A stretch of DNA of 64,000 nt from an uncultured Eubacteriales bacterium (GTDB lineage: Bacteria; Bacillota; Clostridia; Oscillospirales; CAG-272): contig CAKRMZ010000002.1 in NCBI GenBank assembly GCA_934365155.1, forward strand, positions 36,645 through 100,644, written 5' to 3'. Positions 39,509-48,051 of this stretch are shown here, one piece after another. The notes beneath the pieces are model-generated. The model saw only the letters and a program-made list of their open reading frames with translations. It was not told the DNA's origin and made no database searches. Numbering within the stretch: the first letter of the stretch is position 1; every line of letters starts with the position of its first letter. The position numbers were made by a program, and so were the translations under genes.

Positions 39509-39537
39509 ATAGTATGCAAAAAATAAAAAAATGCCAA
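39509..39537 (-). promoter_or_regulatory. Candidate promoter of the small Cys-rich gene
   Basis: On the minus strand: TTGGCA, 17 nt, TACTAT. It lies back-to-back with the csoR promoter. Confidence 0.45.
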
Positions 39538-39546
39538 CTGAAGCTA

Positions 39547-39575
39547 TTGACATATACCCCACAGGGGTATATAAT
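39547..39575 (+). promoter_or_regulatory. csoR-copA promoter with embedded CsoR operator
   Basis: TTGACA (39547-52), a 17-nt spacer, then TATAAT (39570-75). The spacer is the perfect inverted repeat ATATACCCC-aca-GGGGTATAT (39552-72), the GC-tract dyad typical of CsoR operators. Confidence 0.8.
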
Positions 39576-39618
39576 AACGGTGAAACCGGAACATACTGAA
39601 TACAGGGAGGAAACGGAA

Positions 39619-39915
39619 ATGGAAAAAGAATGCTGCAAACGGATTAAAAAGCGATCCTCTGAAGAATATGAACGACTGATTCATCGCTTAAATCGGATTG
39701 AGGGACAGATTCGCGGTATTCGAAAAATGGTGGAGCAGGACGCATACTGTGCGGATATTCTGGTCCAGTCGGCGGCGGTCAATGCCGCTTTAAATTCCTT
39801 TTCCAGAGAATTGCTTTCAAATCACATTAAAAGCTGTGTAGTTGCGGATATTCGGAAGGGCAATGAGGAAAAAACAGACGAATTGATTTCACTTTTAAAA
39901 AAGTGGATGCGATAA
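39619..39915 (+). CDS. csoR: CsoR family copper-sensing transcriptional repressor
   Basis: LIHRLNRIEGQIRGIRKMVE, with C-H-C ligand positions (YCADIL; HIKSC). AGGGAGG RBS before ATG 39619. Confidence 0.9.
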   Translation: MEKECCKRIKKRSSEEYERLIHRLNRIEGQIRGIRKMVEQDAYCADILVQSAAVNAALNSFSRELLSNHIKSCVVADIRKGNEEKTDELISLLKKWMR

Positions 39916-39946
39916 AGATCGCCGAAACGGAAAGGAGTTGAACGAG

Positions 39947-42448
39947 GTGAAACAATATCAAGTTACAGGAATGAGCTGTGCTGCCTGCAGTGCGCGGGTA
40001 GAACGCGCGGTTCGCGCCGTCAAAGGCGTGAAAGATTGTTCGGTCAATCTGTTGACACAGTCTATGTCTGTGGAAGGTGATGTATCGAGCGATGTCATTA
40101 TCTCGGCAGTAGAGGCGGCAGGCTACGGTGCAGCATTGAAGGACGGTATGCAAGCGGAAAATCAGAAAAATAAAGCTGCAGACTCTTCCCGAAAAGAGAT
40201 CTCCGCTTTGGCTACCCGTCTGATTATATCCCTTGTTTTTTTGGCCGCACTGATGTATATTTCGATGGGGCATATGATGTGGTCTTGGCCGCTACCGAAG
40301 GTGCTTTCGGAAAATCATTTGGCTCAGGGGATTTTGCAGATGCTGCTCTGCATTGCCGTGATGGTCGTCAATCAACGCTTTTTTGTCAGCGGTGTCCGGG
40401 CACTGAAAAACCGCTCGCCCAACATGGATACGTTGATTTCCTTAGGATCGGCGGCTGCTTTCGGCTACAGTGTATATGCGCTGTTCCGTATGACCGGCAG
40501 TCATGAGGATGCCATGAAATGGATGCACGAATTCTATTTTGAATCCGCGGCGATGATTTTAACATTGATTACACTCGGAAAAATGCTGGAAGCCCATGCC
40601 AAGGGCAAAACAACCGATGCCATAAAAAGTTTGGTTAAGCTGCGCCCCGATACGGCCAGCGTGCTGCGGGACGGCCAATTCGTGAGAGTTTCCGTGGATG
40701 AGGTTCGCATCGGAGACGAATTTGAAGTGCGCCCGGGTGAGAGCATTCCGGTAGACGGAACGGTATCGGAGGGTAACAGCACAGTCGATGAGTCGGCGCT
40801 GACAGGCGAAAGTGTTCCGGTAGACAAGGCTCCGGGCGATTCTGTTTTTGCGGCTACCAAAAACAGCTCCGGATATTTGCGCTGCCGCGCGGATCGGGTC
40901 GGTAAGGATACGACGCTTTCGAAAATCATTCAGATGGTCAGCGATGCTTCTGCCACAAAGGCACCGGCGCAAAAAATCGCAGACCGGGTTTCTGCCGTTT
41001 TCGTACCCGTCGTATTGGCAATTGCCGCGGTGACAATTGCGGTATGGCTGATTTGCGGCTACAGTGTGGGGTTCGCTTTGGCAAGAGGAATTTCCGTGCT
41101 GGTTATATCCTGCCCGTGTGCGCTGGGACTTGCGACCCCGGTGGCTATTATGGTAGGCAGCGGAGTCGGTGCCAAGCACGGAATCCTGTTTAAAACCGCT
41201 GTTTCGCTTGAACAGACCGGAAAGATGAAAATTATTGCTTTGGATAAGACCGGAACCATTACACAGGGAGAACCCGATGTGACCGATGTGCTGGCCGAAT
41301 CCGAAGAGAAGCGAGAAAAGCTTTTGAAGAGCGCGCTCAGCTTGGAATCCAAGAGCGAGCATCCGTTGGCCGGAGCGGTGGTACGCTATTGCTCCGAAAA
41401 AGGCATTGTCGCGGAAAATGCGGAAGAATTCACGATTCTGCCCGGCAGCGGACTTTGGGGTCTTGTCGGAGGAAAGCGTATCTACGGAGGAAAACTTGCG
41501 TGGATATCGACACTTTCTTCTGTGCCGGAGTCCGTGCGACAAAAAGCAAAAGAGCTGTCCGCCGCCGGTAAAACTCCTCTCTTCTTTGCCATGGAGCAAG
41601 AATTTTTGGGTATCATTGCCGTTGCTGACACGATTAAGCCGGACAGTCCCGAGGCAATTCGGACGCTTCGGAATATCGGCATGGATATTGTGATGATTAC
41701 AGGGGATAATGAAAATACGGCTCGTGCTATTGCGGCAAAAGCAGGTATCGAAAATGTTGTGGCCGGGATTCTTCCGGACGGCAAAGAAGAAACGGTACGC
41801 ACATTGAAAAAGCAGGGGGCTGTTGCGATGGTCGGTGACGGAATCAATGATGCCCCGGCGTTGACCTCCGCCGATATCGGAATTGCAATCGGTCGCGGCA
41901 CGGATGTTGCGGTGGATGCCGCCGATATTGTTCTGATGAAAAACAGTCTTATGGATGTGGCCGGTGCGGTGCAGCTCAGCCGTGCAACGCTGCGAAATAT
42001 CCGCGAGAATCTGTTCTGGGCATTTTTCTACAATACACTCGGTATTCCGCTTGCCGCCGGCGTATTTATTCCTATTTTTCTCTGGCAGCTTAACCCAATG
42101 TTCGGTGCCGCCGCCATGAGCCTTTCCAGCTTTTGCGTGGTTATGAACGCTCTGCGTCTCAATTTTTGGCATTATCCGAAAATGAGGGGAAAGGACCCCA
42201 AAGAAGAAAAAAATGATCGTATATCCAATATACAGGAGGAATTGCATATGGAAAAGAAATTTAATGTTTCCGGTATGATGTGTTCGCATTGTGAATCCAG
42301 AGTCCGCGCGGCCCTTTTGGAGCTTGACGGCGTTGCGGATGCCGTTTGCAGCGCAAAGGACGGTACGGTTCGCGTTACACTGCGTACGGAGGTTTCGGAT
42401 CAGGCACTGAAGGAATGCATTCAGAAGGCCGGATATAGCGTGCAATAG
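39947..42448 (+). CDS. copA: Copper-translocating P1B-type ATPase with N-terminal and C-terminal HMA domains
   Basis: N-terminal HMA motif GMSCAACSARVE, TM CPC motif (SCPCALGLATP), DKTGT, GDGINDAP, and a C-terminal HMA motif GMMCSHCESRV. The start is GTG 39947 (GGAG 9 nt upstream) or TTG 39938. Confidence 0.9.
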   Translation: MKQYQVTGMSCAACSARVERAVRAVKGVKDCSVNLLTQSMSVEGDVSSDVIISAVEAAGYGAALKDGMQAENQKNKAADSSRKEISALATRLIISLVFLAALMYISMGHMMWSWPLPKVLSENHLAQGILQMLLCIAVMVVNQRFFVSGVRALKNRSPNMDTLISLGSAAAFGYSVYALFRMTGSHEDAMKWMHEFYFESAAMILTLITLGKMLEAHAKGKTTDAIKSLVKLRPDTASVLRDGQFVRVSVDEVRIGDEFEVRPGESIPVDGTVSEGNSTVDESALTGESVPVDKAPGDSVFAATKNSSGYLRCRADRVGKDTTLSKIIQMVSDASATKAPAQKIADRVSAVFVPVVLAIAAVTIAVWLICGYSVGFALARGISVLVISCPCALGLATPVAIMVGSGVGAKHGILFKTAVSLEQTGKMKIIALDKTGTITQGEPDVTDVLAESEEKREKLLKSALSLESKSEHPLAGAVVRYCSEKGIVAENAEEFTILPGSGLWGLVGGKRIYGGKLAWISTLSSVPESVRQKAKELSAAGKTPLFFAMEQEFLGIIAVADTIKPDSPEAIRTLRNIGMDIVMITGDNENTARAIAAKAGIENVVAGILPDGKEETVRTLKKQGAVAMVGDGINDAPALTSADIGIAIGRGTDVAVDAADIVLMKNSLMDVAGAVQLSRATLRNIRENLFWAFFYNTLGIPLAAGVFIPIFLWQLNPMFGAAAMSLSSFCVVMNALRLNFWHYPKMRGKDPKEEKNDRISNIQEELHMEKKFNVSGMMCSHCESRVRAALLELDGVADAVCSAKDGTVRVTLRTEVSDQALKECIQKAGYSVQ

Positions 42449-42457
42449 TAAAAAGAT

Positions 42458-42505
42458 CCATTCGGAGGACTGTTTTCTTGTCTTCCGAATGGGTCAATTT
42501 TTTTT
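42458..42505 (+). terminator. Intrinsic terminator after copA
   Basis: CCATTCGGAgGAC-tgttttctt-GTCtTCCGAATGG followed by GTCAATTTTTTTT. Confidence 0.8.
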
Positions 42506-42562
42506 ACTTAATATGGGAAAAAGTCGAATTCGAATAAAAGCGGCTGCAATTTTGTCATACAC

Positions 42563-42591
42563 TTGACAAATCGCATAAAATTGGGTACAAT
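42563..42591 (+). promoter_or_regulatory. Sigma-A type promoter of sanA/GT2 operon
   Basis: TTGACA, 17 nt, TACAAT. Confidence 0.6.
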
Positions 42592-42674
42592 ATGGTTTAC
42601 AGCATGTTTTGAAAAATTAAGGTATTGTTCTGAGGATGACGGGGCGGCTCCTTGTCTCAGGAAAGGAATCAACT

Positions 42675-43409
42675 ATGGCCTCCAAAAAAAGAGTACTGTG
42701 GAAACGTTTGCTGTTTATTTTTTTTGCGTTGCTTTTGTTCGGATTTCTTGTTTTGATTGGTTTGAATTTATATATTCGCGGACAAACCCAAGGCTATATT
42801 GTTTCTGTTGACGAGGCAAAATCATTATCAGACGTTGACTGCATTTTGGTGCTTGGATGTGCCGTTCGGGGTGAGACTCCCAGCCTGATGTTAAAGGATC
42901 GGCTGGACCGTTCGGTTGAGCTTTTTCATGAAGGCGTTTCCTCCAAATTGCTTATGAGCGGTGATCATCGCGGACCGGATTATGATGAAGTCAATGTAAT
43001 GAAAGCATACGCTGTGAATCAGGGAGTTCCTCCCGAGCTTGTCTTTATGGATCACGCGGGATTTTCAACGTATGACAGTGTCTATCGTGCATTGCACGTA
43101 TTCGGAGTGAAACGCATGATTATTGTTTCACAAGAATATCATTTATACCGTGCCCTCTATATTGCACACAGCTTAGGCATTGATGCGTATGGGGTTTGCG
43201 CGGCGGACATTTCCTATCGTGGCGATTTCTACCGTGAAGCGCGGGAAATGGTTGCCAGAGTCAAAGACTGTGTATTGTGTCTTTTTAAGCCGACTTCCGA
43301 ATATTTGGATGATTTTACTCCGATCAGCGGAAACGGCCATATCACCGATGACGGAACAAATTATAAATCCATGCGTCCAATCTCTGAGAGAATGCTCATT
43401 TTGTCATAA
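42675..43409 (+). CDS. sanA: SanA/YdcF (DUF218) family membrane-anchored protein
   Basis: An N-terminal TM is followed by DCILVLGCAV...SLMLKDRLD...LLMSGDHR...YDEVNVM, the DUF218/SanA pattern. Confidence 0.75.
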   Translation: MASKKRVLWKRLLFIFFALLLFGFLVLIGLNLYIRGQTQGYIVSVDEAKSLSDVDCILVLGCAVRGETPSLMLKDRLDRSVELFHEGVSSKLLMSGDHRGPDYDEVNVMKAYAVNQGVPPELVFMDHAGFSTYDSVYRALHVFGVKRMIIVSQEYHLYRALYIAHSLGIDAYGVCAADISYRGDFYREAREMVARVKDCVLCLFKPTSEYLDDFTPISGNGHITDDGTNYKSMRPISERMLILS

Positions 43410-43455
43410 TAACGAGACAAAAAATTTATTGAAAATTACACGGAGTATCGTGCTC

Positions 43456-44721
43456 ATGCTAACCGAAATTATTCGATCGATCAATGCGGCGATCGGAATA
43501 GCCTTTTTTATATGTTATTTTTATCAGCTGGTCTACATATTTATTCCCTTTATAAAAAAGGAAAAGCCGCATCGCCCTGTTTCTTTACACCGATTTGCGG
43601 TTCTGATCTCCGCCCGGAATGAACAGGCGGTTATCAGCCATTTGATCGGCAGTATCAAGAATCAGGATTATCCTCAGGATCTTATTACTATTTTTGTTTG
43701 TGCAGACAATTGCGCGGATCGCACCGCTGACCGTGCGCGTGAGGCCGGCGCTGTTGTATACGAGCGAAACGATTTGGATCATATCGGCAAAGGCTGGGCT
43801 TTAAATTTCCTGCTTTCGAAGATTGATACGGATTACGGAATGGATGCATTTGACGGTTATTTTGTTTTTGATGCGGATAACCTGTTGAAATCCAACTATA
43901 TTACGGAAATGAATAAGACTTTCTGTGACGGATATCGGGTAATTACCAGTTACCGCAATTCCAAAAACTACGGAGATAACTGGATTTCCGCCGGTTACGG
44001 CTTATGGTTTTTGAGAGAATCTAAGTTTTTGAACCATTCCCGCATGCTGCTTGGCACCAGCTGTTCTGTCTCCGGAACGGGCTTTTTCTTCTCTTCCGAG
44101 GTCCTCAAAAAGATCGGAAATTGGAATTTCTTTTTGCTTACAGAGGATATTGAGTTTACCACTTACAATATCTGCGAGGGAGAAATTATCGGATATTGCA
44201 AAGACGCTGTGGTATATGATGAGCAGCCGACCAAATTTATTCCCTCTTGGAATCAGCGCATTCGGTGGTCCAAAGGCTTCTTGCAAGTTTTCGGAAAATA
44301 CGGCAAAAGGCTGTTGAAGGGAATTTTCTGTAAGCGGAGCTTTTCTTGCTTTGATATGACCATGGTTACCATGCCGGCAATGGTTTTAATGAGCGTTGAG
44401 ATTTTGCTGAATTTTGTAATGGGCTTTATTCAGTTGAACCAGGGCATGACGTTTTTAAGCGCTTTTACGGATTTCTTCTTTGTACTGCTAAATAAATATC
44501 TGCTGATGTTCTTTGTCGGTGCGTTAACCACAATTACGGAATGGAAATATATCCGTGCTACGGTTTTTAAGAAAATTCTGTATATGTTTACTTTCCCGAT
44601 TTTCTTATTTACATATATTCCGATTGCGGTTGCTGTTTTATTCTGCAAAGTGGAATGGAAGCCGATTTCTCATGATGTCGGACTTTCTGTAGAGGAATTG
44701 GAATCCAGACAATTCAAATAA
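43456..44721 (+). CDS. Integral-membrane family 2 glycosyltransferase with Q(R)xRW motif (processive beta-glycan synthase type)
   Basis: FAVLISARNEQ, VCADNCADRT, FDADN, TEDIEF and NQRIRWSKG, with N-terminal and multiple C-terminal TM helices. ATG 43456 sits 10 nt after GGAG. The track start 43180 lies inside sanA. Confidence 0.8.
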   Translation: MLTEIIRSINAAIGIAFFICYFYQLVYIFIPFIKKEKPHRPVSLHRFAVLISARNEQAVISHLIGSIKNQDYPQDLITIFVCADNCADRTADRAREAGAVVYERNDLDHIGKGWALNFLLSKIDTDYGMDAFDGYFVFDADNLLKSNYITEMNKTFCDGYRVITSYRNSKNYGDNWISAGYGLWFLRESKFLNHSRMLLGTSCSVSGTGFFFSSEVLKKIGNWNFFLLTEDIEFTTYNICEGEIIGYCKDAVVYDEQPTKFIPSWNQRIRWSKGFLQVFGKYGKRLLKGIFCKRSFSCFDMTMVTMPAMVLMSVEILLNFVMGFIQLNQGMTFLSAFTDFFFVLLNKYLLMFFVGALTTITEWKYIRATVFKKILYMFTFPIFLFTYIPIAVAVLFCKVEWKPISHDVGLSVEELESRQFK

Positions 44722-44744
44722 ATCGAATTTGCACAGAAATGAAT

Positions 44745-44792
44745 AAAAAACTCCTTTTATGATCACAGCTTTGTGATGTAAAGGGAGTTTTT
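44745..44792. terminator. Bidirectional hairpin terminator between convergent genes
   Basis: AAAAAACTCCTTT...ATCACA-gctt-TGTGAT...AAAGGGAGTTTTT. Confidence 0.7.
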
Positions 44793-44846
44793 ATGCTTTA
44801 AATTGCGGAAGATCCGGACATTAAAAGCGAGAAACAATCAATGAAA

Positions 44847-45845
44847 TTATTGTTTCTCCGTAACCCGGTTCTCGACAATCGGTATTCCTTTGTCAAAGCT
44901 TAGCGCGTTGTCAAGAGTAGTGCGGCTGATCGCTTCTAAGGCCTCTTTGGTGAAAAATCCTTGGTGTGAGGTGATGATTACATTGGGAAAGGACAGCAGC
45001 CGTGCGGTAACGGAGCTGTGCATAATATCGTCTTCCCGGTTTTCGAATACATTCGCCTGTTCTTCTTCATAAACATCAAGACCGACTCCCCAAAATTTAA
45101 ACTGACGAATTCCCTTAATCAAATCCTCTGTGCTGATCAGGGCTTCTCGGGAAGTATTTACCAGAATGACACCGTCTTTCATTTTCAATATGGCGGCAAT
45201 GTCAATCATATGATAGGTTTCTTCGTTAAGCGGGCAGTGCAGAGAAATCAAATCGCTTTGGCGCAAAAGCTCCTCTAAGGATACATATCGGACAAAGGGA
45301 AGGTCCTCTCTCGGATATTTGTCGGTAGCAATTACCGTCATGGAAAGACCGTTGCACGCACGTGCCATTGCCGCACCGATTCGGCCTGTCCCTACAATCC
45401 CGGCTGTTTTGCCGGCAAAGTTGACTCCCGTCAGTCCCGTTAAGCTGAAATTGTTTTCCCGAACCTTAATATAGGCCTTATGAATCTTTCTGTTCACGGC
45501 AAAGGCCAAAGCCAATGCATGCTCGGCAATGGCCTCCGGCGAATAGGCCGGCACTCGCATGACGGTGATCCCGTATTGCTGAGCTGCGGCTAAGTCGATG
45601 TTGTTGACTCCGGCACATCGCATCAAAATCAAGCGAACTTCTGCCGCAGATAGGCTTTTCATCACATCTTTATTCCCGCTTGATGCGACAAACAAGCATA
45701 CGGCATCGTAGCCCTTGGCCAGTGCAGCGGTTCTCGGTGAAAGATCTGTTTTTAAATAGTCGATGGAAATATTCGGGTATTGCGGCAGTATCCGATCGAA
45801 CGACTCGATATCGTAGGGCTGTGCATCATAAAATAAAATTTTCAT
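44847..45845 (-). CDS. ldhA: D-lactate dehydrogenase / D-isomer-specific 2-hydroxyacid dehydrogenase
   Basis: MKILFYDAQPYD..., NAD fold GIVGTGRIGAAMA, and catalytic region LVNTSR...DVYE...ITSHQGF. Confidence 0.8.
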   Translation of the reverse strand: MKILFYDAQPYDIESFDRILPQYPNISIDYLKTDLSPRTAALAKGYDAVCLFVASSGNKDVMKSLSAAEVRLILMRCAGVNNIDLAAAQQYGITVMRVPAYSPEAIAEHALALAFAVNRKIHKAYIKVRENNFSLTGLTGVNFAGKTAGIVGTGRIGAAMARACNGLSMTVIATDKYPREDLPFVRYVSLEELLRQSDLISLHCPLNEETYHMIDIAAILKMKDGVILVNTSREALISTEDLIKGIRQFKFWGVGLDVYEEEQANVFENREDDIMHSSVTARLLSFPNVIITSHQGFFTKEALEAISRTTLDNALSFDKGIPIVENRVTEKQ

Positions 45846-46051
45846 AGTGTTTCCTTGTTTTCAGAATTTAACGGTGGGCAGGTATCGGCAAGCATTTGCG
45901 ATAAAAATAATCCGCTCTCTGTAAGGGATTCCCATTCTGTCGGTCATTCATGCACCGTGCGTATGAAAAATACGATTCCGCCGTCAAAGGATGATGCCTT
46001 GATGATTTTCACGGTCGCGGCTCCGGCAAATTTTTTTTTGCACAAATCAAT

Positions 46052-46091
46052 AAAAAAACGGTCGCACCTTTTAAAAAGGTACGACCGTTTT
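46052..46091. terminator. Intrinsic terminator downstream of pfkA
   Basis: AAAAAAACGGTCGcACCTTTT/AAAAGGTaCGACCGTTTTT. Confidence 0.7.
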
Positions 46092-46199
46092 TATTGCTGT
46101 TGCTTTTTTCCGGCATTTTGTGGTTGAAGCCGGGATTTTTTCATAGTATATAAAACGGATTTATTCTATATGACTGAAACGCAAAGAAAAATATAATCC

Positions 46200-47165
46200 T
46201 TAAACGATGATTGCTTTTTCAACATCATACATTTCTTCATCTAACGCATAAGTCATAGCCAGTGCCTCGTCAATACCGATATCGGTAATCAGACCGTTTC
46301 TGCTGCACATTACTCTTTTTGTCTTTCCGTCAATCAGAGCGTTTACCGCATGAACTCCCATCATGCTGGCCATGACGCGATCCCGTGCCGAAGGGCTTCC
46401 GCCGCGCTGCACATGCCCCAAAACCGTTACTCGGGTATCCACACCCGTCGCTTCGACAATCTCTGCCGCAACTTCATTTGCATTTGCGGTTCCTTCCGCT
46501 ACAATCACGATATGATGATTGCGTCCCCGCAAACGGTTCTGACGCATGACGGCAAAAACTTCTTTTTCCATATTTAATTTCTTTTCCGGAATCAGAATTG
46601 CGGTTGCCCCGCAGGCAATACCTACATATACAGCCAAATTCCCGGAGTTGTGTCCCATCACCTCTACGACGCTGCAGCGTTCGTGGGACTGCATGGTATC
46701 CCGCAGACGGTCAATGGATTCCAAAGCCGTATTGCAGGCGGTATCAAAGCCGATGGTATAATCCGTGCAGGCAATATCGTTGTCAATGGTTGCGGGAATT
46801 CCGATTACATTAATACCGGCTGTAGAAAGGTCACCGATTCCGCGAAAGGTTCCGTCGCCGCCGATGGCGATAATGCTGTCGATATCCCGATAACGGCAAA
46901 TTGCGGCTGCCTTTTCAACGCCCTCGGGGGTTTTGAATTCTTCGCATCTGGCAGTATACAGCATTGTTCCGCCTTTTGAGTTGATTCCGTCCACACTGCG
47001 GGCATCCAACTCAATCATATCGCCGTTGATCAACCCGTTGTATCCGCGGCGAATTCCGAGGCACGCAATTCCTTTTGTCGCACAACTGCGTACCACTGCA
47101 CGAATGGCCGAGTTCATTCCCGGCGCATCTCCGCCGCTTGTCAAAATACCGATTCTTTGTATCAT
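46200..47165 (-). CDS. pfkA: ATP-dependent 6-phosphofructokinase
   Basis: IGILTSGGDAPGMNSAIRAVV...IGGDGT...PATIDNDI...MGHNSG...LGHVQRGG. Confidence 0.9.
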   Translation of the reverse strand: MIQRIGILTSGGDAPGMNSAIRAVVRSCATKGIACLGIRRGYNGLINGDMIELDARSVDGINSKGGTMLYTARCEEFKTPEGVEKAAAICRYRDIDSIIAIGGDGTFRGIGDLSTAGINVIGIPATIDNDIACTDYTIGFDTACNTALESIDRLRDTMQSHERCSVVEVMGHNSGNLAVYVGIACGATAILIPEKKLNMEKEVFAVMRQNRLRGRNHHIVIVAEGTANANEVAAEIVEATGVDTRVTVLGHVQRGGSPSARDRVMASMMGVHAVNALIDGKTKRVMCSRNGLITDIGIDEALAMTYALDEEMYDVEKAIIV

Positions 47166-47232
47166 ATCATCATCTCCTAAGATTGTTATTTACTGTTTTT
47201 CAGTGGGGAATATCATAAAAATGATTGCCGTG

Positions 47233-48051
47233 TTAAGCCAATTTTGTTGGATGATTGGGAGAAGCCACGTCAAAGCTGAAACGGAGATTTGCCGTTTGCT
47301 GTGCCAATTTCGCGCAGCAGCAAGAGTAAGCAAGCTCCGGCGTGTTGTTCCTTTCCGACAGATGCCCCAGAAGCACATGCCGTGTGCCGCTCTGCGCCAG
47401 TTCACAAAGTATTTCCGCACAGTCGTCGTTTGAGAGGTGTCCCCGCGGGGAGAGAATTCGCTGTTTCAGGATATACGGATAATTGCCGGTAATCAGCATT
47501 TCCCGGTCATGGTTGGATTCCAACAGAACGTAGTCGCTTCCGATCAGCTCTCGCCGGATCTCCGTGGAAATATGTCCGATATCCGTGGCAATCGAGATCC
47601 TTATTCTGCGGTTATTCCCGATGTTCAATTCAACCGTATATCCTACACTCATATTGCTGTCATGCGGAGTCAAAAATGAATGAATATGCAATCGGCCGAT
47701 TTCGAGCTCATATAAGGGGGGATGGGTTATCAGAATCGAAGGATCTTCCAATAGGGCGGATAATTTTGCGGCGGAAGGATTCGTGATGTGAACCGGTATA
47801 TGATATTTTTTGGCGATAACCGGTATTCCACGAATATGGTCGGAATGCTCGTGGGTAACGAGTATGGCCTGAATATTTTTGATATCGGTTCCGATGCTAC
47901 AAAGCGCGGTTTGAATCGATTTTGCACAGGCTCCCGCATCAATCAGGATTTCATTTTCTGCGCAACGGATATAGGCGGCGTTCCCTTTTGAGGAAGAGAA
48001 CAAAGTATATGCACAAAAATCAACAGGGTAATCTTTATCTGAAACAATCAT
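47233..48051 (-). CDS. MBL-fold metallo-hydrolase (YycJ/WalJ-like)
   Basis: LVTHEHSDHIRG motif and size fit the family. An ATGA overlap links it to yfhO. Confidence 0.75.
   Translation of the reverse strand: MIVSDKDYPVDFCAYTLFSSSKGNAAYIRCAENEILIDAGACAKSIQTALCSIGTDIKNIQAILVTHEHSDHIRGIPVIAKKYHIPVHITNPSAAKLSALLEDPSILITHPPLYELEIGRLHIHSFLTPHDSNMSVGYTVELNIGNNRRIRISIATDIGHISTEIRRELIGSDYVLLESNHDREMLITGNYPYILKQRILSPRGHLSNDDCAEILCELAQSGTRHVLLGHLSERNNTPELAYSCCCAKLAQQTANLRFSFDVASPNHPTKLA

Noticed and set aside
40559-42445. 628-aa ORF on the minus strand
   Set aside because: It lies entirely antisense to copA, whose P-type ATPase motifs (CPC, DKTGT, GDGINDAP) are unambiguous. The antisense product is low-complexity and Arg/Cys/His-rich with no motifs, so it is a shadow ORF.
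45855-46127. 90-aa plus-strand ORF in the ldhA-pfkA intergenic region
   Set aside because: It has no RBS and an odd composition, and it runs through the pfkA terminator hairpin. The region is more likely the ldhA promoter and leader. I looked for a Rex-type TTGTGAA...TTCACAA box and found no convincing match.
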